Source: an uncultured Thermodesulfobacteriota bacterium (lineage in GTDB: Bacteria; Desulfobacterota; B13-G15; RBG-16-54-18). Taken from it: 34,261 nt of DNA. The first letter of the stretch is position 1. Every line of letters starts with the position of its first letter. The DNA is taken from assembly GCA_964519535.1 (NCBI GenBank), contig CAZFIR010000092.1:1-34261 (forward strand), given 5' to 3'. Position numbers and translations under genes: made by a program. This document shows, piece after piece, positions 26,316-34,261 of the stretch. The notes under the pieces are model-generated. The model ran no database searches, had not been told where the DNA came from, and saw only the letters and a list, made by a program, of their open reading frames with translations.

Positions 26316-27401
26316 ATGAAAATTCTTCTAGTAGCGCCGACAGGACAAGAAGTACTTGGTGTCATCACCGGGTATTGTAAGACCGCATTGCTCAATGCCG
26401 GACACGAAGTAAAGATTTTTGATTTTAGAGAGAGTCAATATCTTAAGGGAGATGTTCTTTCTTATCTGAAGCCAAAAATAAAACGTCTTTTAAATCTATC
26501 GCCGAGGAAAATACGTTTTATAAACAGGATGGAAATTGATACAATGAACATATCTCTTTACAATACAGCGCTGTCTTATAAACCGGACTTGACGTTGATA
26601 TTAACAGGTGAAACTATTACTACAGAAACTCTACATAACATAAGAAAAGAGGGAATTATAGTTGCTAACTGGTTTATGGATTCTGTATCTTCACCGCACA
26701 GGAGATCTTTTGTTGAAGAGATCTCACCCAGTTATGATTTCTTTTTTATAATAGACTCTTTGGAAGTATTAAAGTACGTAAAAATAGGTGCGAGATATGT
26801 ATATTGTTTGCCTTTAGGGTTAGATCCGGCCGTTCATAGAACAATGCATCTTGATGATGACGAAAAACAAAAATATAGTAGTAACGTTACCTTTGTGGGC
26901 ACGGTAATTCCAGTGAGAGAAGATATTCTCAAAGCGGTCGCAAATTTTGGTTTAAATATCTGGGCACCTCCAACGAGCGTTTATGGTTCCTGGGTAGATA
27001 AAAAATCTGAGTTATCCAAATGTTACAGAGGCGGCCCCATTTTTGGTGATGAGGTCGTAAAAATCTATAATGCCTCTAAAATCGTCGTTAGTATAGACAG
27101 CCTTTACGGCAATAAAATATTCTCAGTCACACCGCGGGTCTTCGAGGTAGCTGGATGCGGCTCTTTTCATATATGTAATTTCAACAAGCAGTTAAGTAAG
27201 CTGCTTGAAATTGGCGAAGAGATCGTGTGTTTTAAAACTAAGGAAGACCTCAAAAGACTTATTAAATATTATTTGGTAAACGAAGATGAAAGAGAGGCAA
27301 TAGCAAAAAATGGACAAAAAAGAGTTTATAAGGATCATACGTATGCTCGCAGGATTGAAGAAATGGATTCATTCTTAAAAGGCACCGGAATAATATCCTA
27401 A
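26316..27401 (+). CDS. CgeB-like glycosyltransferase
   Basis: WFMD, LPLGLDP, VTFVGT, YNASKI, PRVFEVAGCG, HTY..R. Confidence 0.85.
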   Translation: MKILLVAPTGQEVLGVITGYCKTALLNAGHEVKIFDFRESQYLKGDVLSYLKPKIKRLLNLSPRKIRFINRMEIDTMNISLYNTALSYKPDLTLILTGETITTETLHNIRKEGIIVANWFMDSVSSPHRRSFVEEISPSYDFFFIIDSLEVLKYVKIGARYVYCLPLGLDPAVHRTMHLDDDEKQKYSSNVTFVGTVIPVREDILKAVANFGLNIWAPPTSVYGSWVDKKSELSKCYRGGPIFGDEVVKIYNASKIVVSIDSLYGNKIFSVTPRVFEVAGCGSFHICNFNKQLSKLLEIGEEIVCFKTKEDLKRLIKYYLVNEDEREAIAKNGQKRVYKDHTYARRIEEMDSFLKGTGIIS

Positions 27402-27406
27402 ATAAT

Positions 27407-28039
27407 ATGCGTCAATTATTAACTAATATCTTTCGTGAAAGATTTTATTTGGTGATAAAGCATTCTATTACGGGAATCATTTGCCTTCTACGAGGTATCA
27501 CGAACAGCGGCATAAATGTTTTCATTTCACCACGGGCGAAAATAAAAGGTGGTAATAGAATACGGCTGGGCGATAATGTCTTGATTGAAAGAGACGTTAT
27601 GCTTATCGCAGGTGAGCCTAACTCCTTCATCGAAATAGGAAATGGAACATGGCTTTTCTATCACTGCCTGCTTAGCACATCAGGCGGTTGGATAAAGATA
27701 GGCAATAATTGTACTGTCAATAGCTTTGCAGTTTTATACGGTCATGGAGGTCTTGAGATAGGTAATGGGGTAAGAATATCTGCACACGTCGTTATAGTAC
27801 CTATGAATCATATTTATAAAAATCGAGAAATACCAATATACATGCAAGGTGAAATCAGGAAAGGAATAAAGATAGAAGATGATGTCTGGATCGGTGCAGG
27901 GGCAAAAATTCTTGATGGCGTAAAGATAGGTAGGGGATCGGTAATTGGTGCAGGTGCTGTAGTTACAAAGGATATCCCCCCATACACCATTGCAGTAGGT
28001 GTCCCGGCAAGGGTTATAAAGAAAAGAGGGAGTAAATAA
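27407..28039 (+). CDS. Hexapeptide-repeat (LbH) acyltransferase
   Basis: IGN repeats; IEDDVWIGAGAKILDGVKIGRGSVIGAGAVVTKD..VGVPA. Confidence 0.9.
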   Translation: MRQLLTNIFRERFYLVIKHSITGIICLLRGITNSGINVFISPRAKIKGGNRIRLGDNVLIERDVMLIAGEPNSFIEIGNGTWLFYHCLLSTSGGWIKIGNNCTVNSFAVLYGHGGLEIGNGVRISAHVVIVPMNHIYKNREIPIYMQGEIRKGIKIEDDVWIGAGAKILDGVKIGRGSVIGAGAVVTKDIPPYTIAVGVPARVIKKRGSK

Positions 28040-28046
28040 AAAGACA

Positions 28047-28925
28047 ATGAATAAGAGAATGTCCGAAGATATTTGGGATGTTGATTTTGATATAACAAAA
28101 TCAAAATCAATGATGGATCGGAGGATACGGATTTGTACCCTTCATTTTGGCTGGCAACATGCTGTAAGGGTTATACTTGAGAAAGGGACCCCCTTTCATA
28201 AACTAAAAATAGCCGAAGTTGGCTGTGGAACAGGTACTACTTCTCTTACTTTTTGTCTTCTAGGGGCATCCGTTACCCTCCTAGACTTTAATCAGCGCGT
28301 TTTGAAAAATGCAGGGGCTATATACAAACTTTATGATTGTAAGGCAGAATTGGTCTTAGCAGATTGCATGGATACTCCCGTTGATGAGTTAAGAGGAAAG
28401 TTTGATTTAGTTGTCTCGTCTGGACTTGCCGAGCACTTTATTGGTGATGATCGAGAAAGATGTATCCTATATCACAAACTTCTCCTTAAAAATGGAGGTT
28501 TTGCCTATATAGATGTTCCAAATAAATTGAGTCCTTTTTACCAATGTGTAAAGACATTCAAAAAACTGACGGGGACATGGAATTTAGAGATTGAAGTACC
28601 ATTTACACCAAGAGAGTTAAAAACCCTTGCTATAAAAGTTGGTTTCAAGAATGCTTGCGTTATAGGGAGTGCGCCATTAAAAAAAGACCTTATTGATTAT
28701 TCTCGAGGGTTCGGATCAGCGGTCAAAGAGTTATTCCCATCCCCTGTGCTGGAGATGCTGCGAGCTCGGAAAGAAAAAGCAACGACTCGATCTGATGCCA
28801 GGGACGATATGCGCCTATATTGTCGGGATATGGTGACTGCCATAAGTCGAGGTTATTTTAAAAGACCACGCTCTCTTCTGGTAAATACTTTTAGCGCAGG
28901 GCTTATCCTTTTTGCCTTTAATTGA
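28047..28925 (+). CDS. Class I SAM-dependent methyltransferase
   Basis: EVGCGTG, FDLVVSSGLAEHF, LKNGG..DVPN. Confidence 0.85.
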   Translation: MNKRMSEDIWDVDFDITKSKSMMDRRIRICTLHFGWQHAVRVILEKGTPFHKLKIAEVGCGTGTTSLTFCLLGASVTLLDFNQRVLKNAGAIYKLYDCKAELVLADCMDTPVDELRGKFDLVVSSGLAEHFIGDDRERCILYHKLLLKNGGFAYIDVPNKLSPFYQCVKTFKKLTGTWNLEIEVPFTPRELKTLAIKVGFKNACVIGSAPLKKDLIDYSRGFGSAVKELFPSPVLEMLRARKEKATTRSDARDDMRLYCRDMVTAISRGYFKRPRSLLVNTFSAGLILFAFN

Positions 28926-30051
28926 CGGTACCATGTTCAAAAGTATTATGCGCAATATGAAAAGATATCATATCCTCTATACCACCTCTTTCGGTAACAT
29001 GATGGGTGGCGGGCAGTGGAGTCTCTATTATCTGATAAAACACTTGGACAAAGACGTCTTTTATCCCATAGTTTTGTGCCCTGCGGAAGGGGAGCTTGCG
29101 GAAAAGATGAGAGGGGTAGGGGCGGAGGTGATATGCCTTGATGTGGGGAGGATCAGGTATCTAAATCCCTCTGTGATAAGTAAGTTTGTCTCGATTATCA
29201 AGGACCGGCAGATAGCCCTTATCCATACTGATTCCACTACTGAGACCTTGTACGCCGGTATCGCAGCGAAGATAATGCGGATACCCCTTGTATGGCATAT
29301 CCGGGTAAGTGAAAGAGAATGGCTTATTGATAGGGTCCTATCATTGCTCGCAACGAGATTGATTCTCGTCGCAAAGGCTATAGAATCAAGATTTGACTGG
29401 CTTAAGGATACTCAAAAAACGGTCGTCATTTACAATGGTATTGATCTTGAGAAATTTGATCATTTTCCGGCTACCCCATCCATCAGGGAAGAATATAATA
29501 TCACTAAGGATACGGTAGTCCTTGGATGTATCGGTCGGATTGAGAAAAGAAAAGGTCCGGAGTATCTAATTTCTGCCATGAAGGATGTCGATAACGCAAA
29601 ACTAATCTTTGTGGGTAAAGGAGAAGAAGAATATTTAAAGAGAATAAAAAGGCTCTGCGAGGAATCGGGGGTATCACATCGTATTATTTATGCCGGTTAC
29701 AGGATAAATATTCCCTCTATCCTTAAGGACATCGATATAATCGTATTCCCCACGATTAGTGGAGAAGGGTTCTCAAGGGTGATACTTGAAGCGATGGCAG
29801 CGGCGAAGCCTGTTATTGCGAGCGATGATGCAGGCAATAAAGAAGCTGTTATAAATGGGATAACCGGATATATTGTTCCAGCCAAGGATGCAACGGCATT
29901 GGGAATTAAAATAAATGAAATCACTGCTGGCAAAGAAAAGAGGGAACAGATGGGCAGCTCTGGAAGGCAAAGGGTTGAAGAGATGTTTACTATGGAGAGG
30001 AATATACAGGAGATAGAGAAACTATATTTTGAAGTCATGGAAGATAGATAA
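28912..30051 (+). CDS. Glycosyltransferase family 4 (true start probably ATG at 28933-28957)
   Basis: GGGQWS, VWHIR, IYNGID, GRIEKRKG, EGFSRVILEAMA. Confidence 0.9.
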   Translation: MPLIDGTMFKSIMRNMKRYHILYTTSFGNMMGGGQWSLYYLIKHLDKDVFYPIVLCPAEGELAEKMRGVGAEVICLDVGRIRYLNPSVISKFVSIIKDRQIALIHTDSTTETLYAGIAAKIMRIPLVWHIRVSEREWLIDRVLSLLATRLILVAKAIESRFDWLKDTQKTVVIYNGIDLEKFDHFPATPSIREEYNITKDTVVLGCIGRIEKRKGPEYLISAMKDVDNAKLIFVGKGEEEYLKRIKRLCEESGVSHRIIYAGYRINIPSILKDIDIIVFPTISGEGFSRVILEAMAAAKPVIASDDAGNKEAVINGITGYIVPAKDATALGIKINEITAGKEKREQMGSSGRQRVEEMFTMERNIQEIEKLYFEVMEDR

Positions 30052-30954
30052 ATGAAACAGTGTAAGATTAAAGATGAGGGAATTGAAACAAAAATCAAGA
30101 AGGATTTGAAAGAATTCTACGAATCGGATGAGCGCTACGGCGCAGACAACTCTTCCATACTTATAGGACAGTACGGTATTAATGGCACTGAGATAGTAGA
30201 CCCTACGAGATATATGATAATGTATGCAGGGCAACTTACAAAAATGGTTTCGATGGTTCCTAAAAATGCAGATGTTCTGGATGTTGGTACAGGTGACGGA
30301 GTACTTGCTGAGATATTATTGGAAAAGGTAAAAACATTTATAGGCCTCGATATCTCTGAGGGAAGAATTTCGAGATGCTCAAATACTTATAAAAAGGGTA
30401 ATTTTATTATTGCAGATGCCGAGGATTTACCGTTCAAAGAAGAAAGCTTTGACTGTATGGTGGCATCTGAGCTCATAGAACACCTTATAGAACCAGAGAG
30501 GTTTCTTTTATCTTCCTTCCAAGTACTGAGAGGAGGTGGAACACTGATTGTCTCAACACCATCAGCCCTATGTTATGAGAATAACCTTAGCGAGATATTA
30601 AAGGATCAACACCTCCATATCTTTTCTCCTCGAAAATTAAAAAGGCTTTTGAAGGAAAAGGGGTTCAAGGTAAAAGAGCTCAAAGGGGTAGGGTTTAAGT
30701 TAAGGATTACATTACCAAAAATAATAGCAGTTTTGCCAAGATTTTTTTATGCAATAATTAAACAGAAAAGGCCAAGAAGAGGGTTCTTTGCATCTGTTTC
30801 CGTTGAGTACAGCCTTACCTCAAACAGATATCTGAATAGTCTGTATTTTAAAAATGAACAAAAATTTAAAAGTATATTCAGGATACTTGGTTTTATAGGG
30901 GAATTCTTCCCTTCCCTGGCAAGTCAGGTGATAATAAGAGCAGAAAGGATTTGA
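30052..30954 (+). CDS. Class I SAM-dependent methyltransferase
   Basis: VLDVGTGDG, DAEDLPF..ESFD, ELIEHL..P, VSTP. Confidence 0.87.
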   Translation: MKQCKIKDEGIETKIKKDLKEFYESDERYGADNSSILIGQYGINGTEIVDPTRYMIMYAGQLTKMVSMVPKNADVLDVGTGDGVLAEILLEKVKTFIGLDISEGRISRCSNTYKKGNFIIADAEDLPFKEESFDCMVASELIEHLIEPERFLLSSFQVLRGGGTLIVSTPSALCYENNLSEILKDQHLHIFSPRKLKRLLKEKGFKVKELKGVGFKLRITLPKIIAVLPRFFYAIIKQKRPRRGFFASVSVEYSLTSNRYLNSLYFKNEQKFKSIFRILGFIGEFFPSLASQVIIRAERI

Positions 30955-32027
30955 TGATAAAAATAATATTTGTAGCAAAAAACATCTTTTCTCCCAGAAC
31001 TGGAGGAGAAATAGTTTTGGCAAAACTATCTGATTACCTGAAAAACAAAGGTTATAAACTAATACAGATGTCTGAGAATGATATCCCTCAGGGCCTAAGA
31101 GTAAACCGCATACTGAGAAATTACTGGTTCCTGAGAGTAATTCTGCAAAAAAAAGCAGATATTATATTGCATCTAGATCACGACATACCCAGCCTCTTTC
31201 TCTGCGACTTCTTTCTGAAGCTTTTCGTAAGAAGCAAAATCATAGTGTTCGTAGGCGGATTTGTTCCTTATGGAGACGCCTCCTTAATTAAGGATAGTGT
31301 AAGGAAGCTTCAAGTTAGGCTTGCCCTTATCTCGGCTTACAGGATAATTACGCCGAGCAAATTCAGTAAAGGAGAAGTCCTTTCTTTTTCGCGTTTGATA
31401 AATAAGAAAAAAGTCAGAGTGATTTATCCATATATGCAAGATATCCAGATAATCCCTCACAGATCAAATTCTAATAAAATAAATATATTGCATGTATCAA
31501 ATTATCTGCCATGGAAAGGCCAGGAATATCTGGTAGGGGCGTTTTCACTTTTGGAAAACAAAAACACTATACTGACGTTAGTAGGTGAGGAGTGGGACGA
31601 GAAATACACGAGGCGTATAAAGTTATTTGCCAAGAGACTAGGCGTATCTGAGAGGGTTTTTTTTAGGGGCAGACTTACTGGACAATCGCTTTCAGAAGCC
31701 TATGCGTCAGCTGATTTATTCGTTTTCCCAAGTCTATATGAGTCCTTCGGGATGGTTTTGCTTGAAGCTATGTCCTTCGGGCTTCCTATGATTGCGTCGA
31801 ATACCGGAGGAATCCCAGAAATAATCACAGACGGGGAAAATGGCCTTTTGGTCAATCCAAGGGATGCGCACTCTCTTAAAATAGCGCTAGAAAAACTTAT
31901 AGGATCAAAAGAACTGAGAGAAAAAATAGGTCGGGAGGGTACCGACAGCTTAAAAAAATTCCCTTCATGGGAGAAGGTATGTGAAAACATGGTAGCGGTG
32001 GTTACGGGAGGAAACGTTCCTTTGTAG
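30951..32027 (+). CDS. Glycosyltransferase family 4
   Basis: TGGE, PWKG, FVFPSLYESFGMVLLEAMSFG.P.IASNTGGIPE. Confidence 0.9.
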   Translation: MMIKIIFVAKNIFSPRTGGEIVLAKLSDYLKNKGYKLIQMSENDIPQGLRVNRILRNYWFLRVILQKKADIILHLDHDIPSLFLCDFFLKLFVRSKIIVFVGGFVPYGDASLIKDSVRKLQVRLALISAYRIITPSKFSKGEVLSFSRLINKKKVRVIYPYMQDIQIIPHRSNSNKINILHVSNYLPWKGQEYLVGAFSLLENKNTILTLVGEEWDEKYTRRIKLFAKRLGVSERVFFRGRLTGQSLSEAYASADLFVFPSLYESFGMVLLEAMSFGLPMIASNTGGIPEIITDGENGLLVNPRDAHSLKIALEKLIGSKELREKIGREGTDSLKKFPSWEKVCENMVAVVTGGNVPL

Positions 32028-32123
32028 GATGATGTATATGAGAGCAGTCATGAATAAGATCAAAAGAAAGAGATCACAAATTATTTTGTAATGAAATATT
32101 TAAACTCATATTTAGAATTATTA

Positions 32124-33175
32124 GCTGCATTCAAGGAGCAAGTGCAACACATTCCTTAAAGACCTCTTTCGGGGTTTTATAGTTTAGGATCTTACGAGGT
32201 CTGTTATTGAGCAAGTCCTGGATCTGTTTGAGTTGCTCTGGAGAGATTGTCGCAAAATCTGTCTTCTTTGGCAAGTAGCGTCTGATAAGTCCGATGGCGT
32301 TCTCCACAGAGCCCTTTTCCCAGCTGTGGTATGGTTCACAGAAATATGAGTGGGTGCCGAGGGTTTTGTTGATGAGGCTATGTTCGCAATTCTCAGAGCC
32401 GTTATCATAGGTGATGGTCTTTCTCATATGGTCAGGGTGTCTGCTCAGACGGCGGATGAGGGCTAATCGTAACTCTCGGGCCGTTTTAGCCGCAAGCTTA
32501 GTGATCTGGAGGTAGCGGCTGGCTCGTTCTAGGGCAATAGCGAGGGAGGGTGTGCTTTTACGAGAGATCATGGTATCGACCTCCCAGTGGCCAGGTTCAC
32601 TTCGGTCATTGGCAGAGGCGGGACGCTCGTGGATGGATAACCGCTCGGGAATATGGGGTTTTTTGTGCTTCCGGGAATACCCCCGTTGAAGGCGTCTTCG
32701 GTGTCTGCGCAGCAGACAGGGCCTGAGATCCATATGGTTGAGGGTCTCTCGGGCATAGATAAACTGATAGATGGCCTCATGGCTGATGGATTCTTCTGCA
32801 AGATCATGGGAGATTCTCCCCGCTACTTGCTCAGGGCTTAAGCCGAGGGTAAGTTTCTCTATGACGTAGTTCATAATCACCTCATTCTTGAGCCGCGGTC
32901 GCTGAGCGGTGCGTTCTTTGCGTTTGACTGCACGATCATGGGCACGATGAGACAAATAGACATTGTACACAGGGGACTTATTTCGTTTGAGTTCTCGGCA
33001 GATGGTACTTTTATGACGTCCCACAACCTGCGCAATCTCACTCGGTTTTACCCCCTGTGCCCTGAGAACGGCTATGATATCCCGTTCCTCACTGGTTAAC
33101 TGTGTATAGTGTCTGTTCATAACCACTTAGGATATGCTATCATCCTAAGTGTTGCACTTGCTTATTGAACCGGCG
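32124..33175 (-). mobile_element. IS30 family insertion sequence (~1.05 kb)
   Basis: Inverted repeats TTCAAGGAGCAAGTGCAACAC (32130-32150) and GTGTTGCACTTGCTTATTGAA (33149-33169); TTA(G) on both sides (32121, 33176) as probable target duplication; exact ends uncertain by ~1 bp. Confidence 0.88.
32131..33126 (-). CDS. IS30 family transposase
   Basis: HTH (RHKSTICRELKRN), SPEQVAG, GHWEVDT, TITYDNGSE, SWEKGSVEN..GLIRRYLPK, LNNRPRK. Confidence 0.95.
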   Translation of the reverse strand: MVMNRHYTQLTSEERDIIAVLRAQGVKPSEIAQVVGRHKSTICRELKRNKSPVYNVYLSHRAHDRAVKRKERTAQRPRLKNEVIMNYVIEKLTLGLSPEQVAGRISHDLAEESISHEAIYQFIYARETLNHMDLRPCLLRRHRRRLQRGYSRKHKKPHIPERLSIHERPASANDRSEPGHWEVDTMISRKSTPSLAIALERASRYLQITKLAAKTARELRLALIRRLSRHPDHMRKTITYDNGSENCEHSLINKTLGTHSYFCEPYHSWEKGSVENAIGLIRRYLPKKTDFATISPEQLKQIQDLLNNRPRKILNYKTPKEVFKECVALAP

Positions 33176-33243
33176 TTAGTTATATATGGGCGTATTGTTT
33201 TTTTTCAATTGCAGTGATAATAAAAGCAGAAAGGTTGTAATAG

Positions 33244-34008
33244 GTGGATATCTCGGTTATCTTAGTGGTGAGAAATGAAGATGAGCAGATCAGAGAATGC
33301 CTCGAAACGGTTTCATGGGCTGATGAGATCGTGATCGTAGACCAGTCGAGCACTGATTTTACAGTAAAGATTTCGAAAGAGTTTACCGATAAGGTTTTTG
33401 TAACGGAGTCAAAGGGCTATTGCGAACCTGACAGAAACCTTGCTATAAAAAAGGCATCTAGCAGGTGGATATTCTATATAGATGCTGACGAAAGGGTATT
33501 GCCTGAACTCAAGGATGAGATCTTATCGATTGTAAGATCCGATGCCCCCCGGCCGGCCTACTATGTAAAAAGGAGAAACTATTTCCTCGGTAAATGGATC
33601 AAAACTTGCGGATGGTACCCTTCTCCAGTATTGAGATTATTTAAAAAAGGTGAGGTGATATTCCCCAATGAGATCCACCAGGTTCCTCTACACAGGGAGG
33701 AATATGGATATCTTAAAAACGACCTTCTTCATTATTCATATAGCAGTCTTGAAGAATACTTTGAGAAGTTTAATCGATACACGACACAACTTGCAAAGGA
33801 GGAATTTGAAGCCGGCAAAAGGATAACGGTATTTAATTTTATATCCAACTTTTTATTACGACCATCATATTATTTTTTATTGAAATATATCTATTATAGA
33901 GGCTATAAGGATGCATTCAGGGGTTTTTTTATTGCCTTTTCAACTGCGCTTACAGTATTTGTGAATAAAGCAAAACTTTGGGAAATGAAATGGAAAAACG
34001 AAAGATAA
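33244..34008 (+). CDS. Glycosyltransferase family 2 (KdtX/beta-1,4-glucosyltransferase-like)
   Basis: RNE..I.ECL, VD.SSTD.T, IDADE, RLF...IH, LLHYSY, KFNRYT. Confidence 0.9.
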   Translation: MDISVILVVRNEDEQIRECLETVSWADEIVIVDQSSTDFTVKISKEFTDKVFVTESKGYCEPDRNLAIKKASSRWIFYIDADERVLPELKDEILSIVRSDAPRPAYYVKRRNYFLGKWIKTCGWYPSPVLRLFKKGEVIFPNEIHQVPLHREEYGYLKNDLLHYSYSSLEEYFEKFNRYTTQLAKEEFEAGKRITVFNFISNFLLRPSYYFLLKYIYYRGYKDAFRGFFIAFSTALTVFVNKAKLWEMKWKNER

Positions 34009-34261
34009 TCCAGAAAAATATCAAACTTTATAGACCTGAAAGCCAGAATTATATATCGTTACACCCAGAGATGTATAACTGGTTCGAGCAAGGAGAAATC
34101 CAGAGAGACTTCGCGTCTTTAAGAAAAAAAGTAAATGGAAATAAAGCCCTCGACATCTGATGTGGTATGGGTAACATTGCCGTAAAGCTCTTTTCCTTGG
34201 TTTCAAGGTTGCTGCCCTGGATATTTCGACAACGATGATTAAAGAAGTAAAACATGCCCTT
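33990..34261 (+). pseudogene. Disrupted class I SAM methyltransferase (runs off the window edge)
   Basis: MEKRKII...KALDI*CGMGNIAVKL: TGA (34158-34160) at the Gly of the LDxGCGxG motif; the family-like continuation LGFKVAALDISTTMI needs a 1-nt frameshift near 34195. Confidence 0.75.

Noticed and set aside
34158-34160. In-frame TGA as selenocysteine or recoding
   Set aside because: The position corresponds to a Gly, a frameshift follows, and TGA is used as a normal stop in many genes here.
475-34255. Numerous 60-170 aa antisense or overlapping ORFs in the track
   Set aside because: They overlap well-supported genes or intergenic DNA, have no recognisable motifs, and look like shadow frames.
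1-34261. CRISPR arrays, tRNA or rRNA genes
   Set aside because: No regularly spaced repeats or recognisable structural RNA genes noticed by eye; tRNAscan/Infernal/CRISPR finders would be needed to exclude them formally.

Overview
Bacterial window; gene content and style suggest an anaerobic Deltaproteobacterium/Desulfobacterota (inference). Left end: housekeeping genes (partial NfnA/SudB-like oxidoreductase, engB) and a stand-alone radical SAM gene. 2300-10672 (minus strand): an apparent RiPP biosynthetic cluster with an HprK-like P-loop kinase, two paralogous radical SAM/SPASM enzymes, a methyltransferase, a stand-alone PqqD/RRE, an S24/S26 peptidase, two 53-54 aa precursor peptides missing from the ORF track (WTKPKL leader, three Cys, C-terminal Ser), a LynF/TruF/PatF-type prenyltransferase and a geranylgeranyl-reductase-like flavoenzyme. 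Next is a minus-strand sugar operon (WbqC, PIG-L, DegT, MraY/WecA, GT4, nucleotidyltransferase). From 17148 on is a plus-strand Wzx/Wzy-type polysaccharide locus (ExeA-HD-GYP fusion, Wza, Wzc, O-antigen ligase/polymerase, Wzx, glycosyl-, methyl- and acyltransferases). It contains an IS30 element and ends in a methyltransferase pseudogene. All family calls come from motif recognition by eye; no database searches were run.
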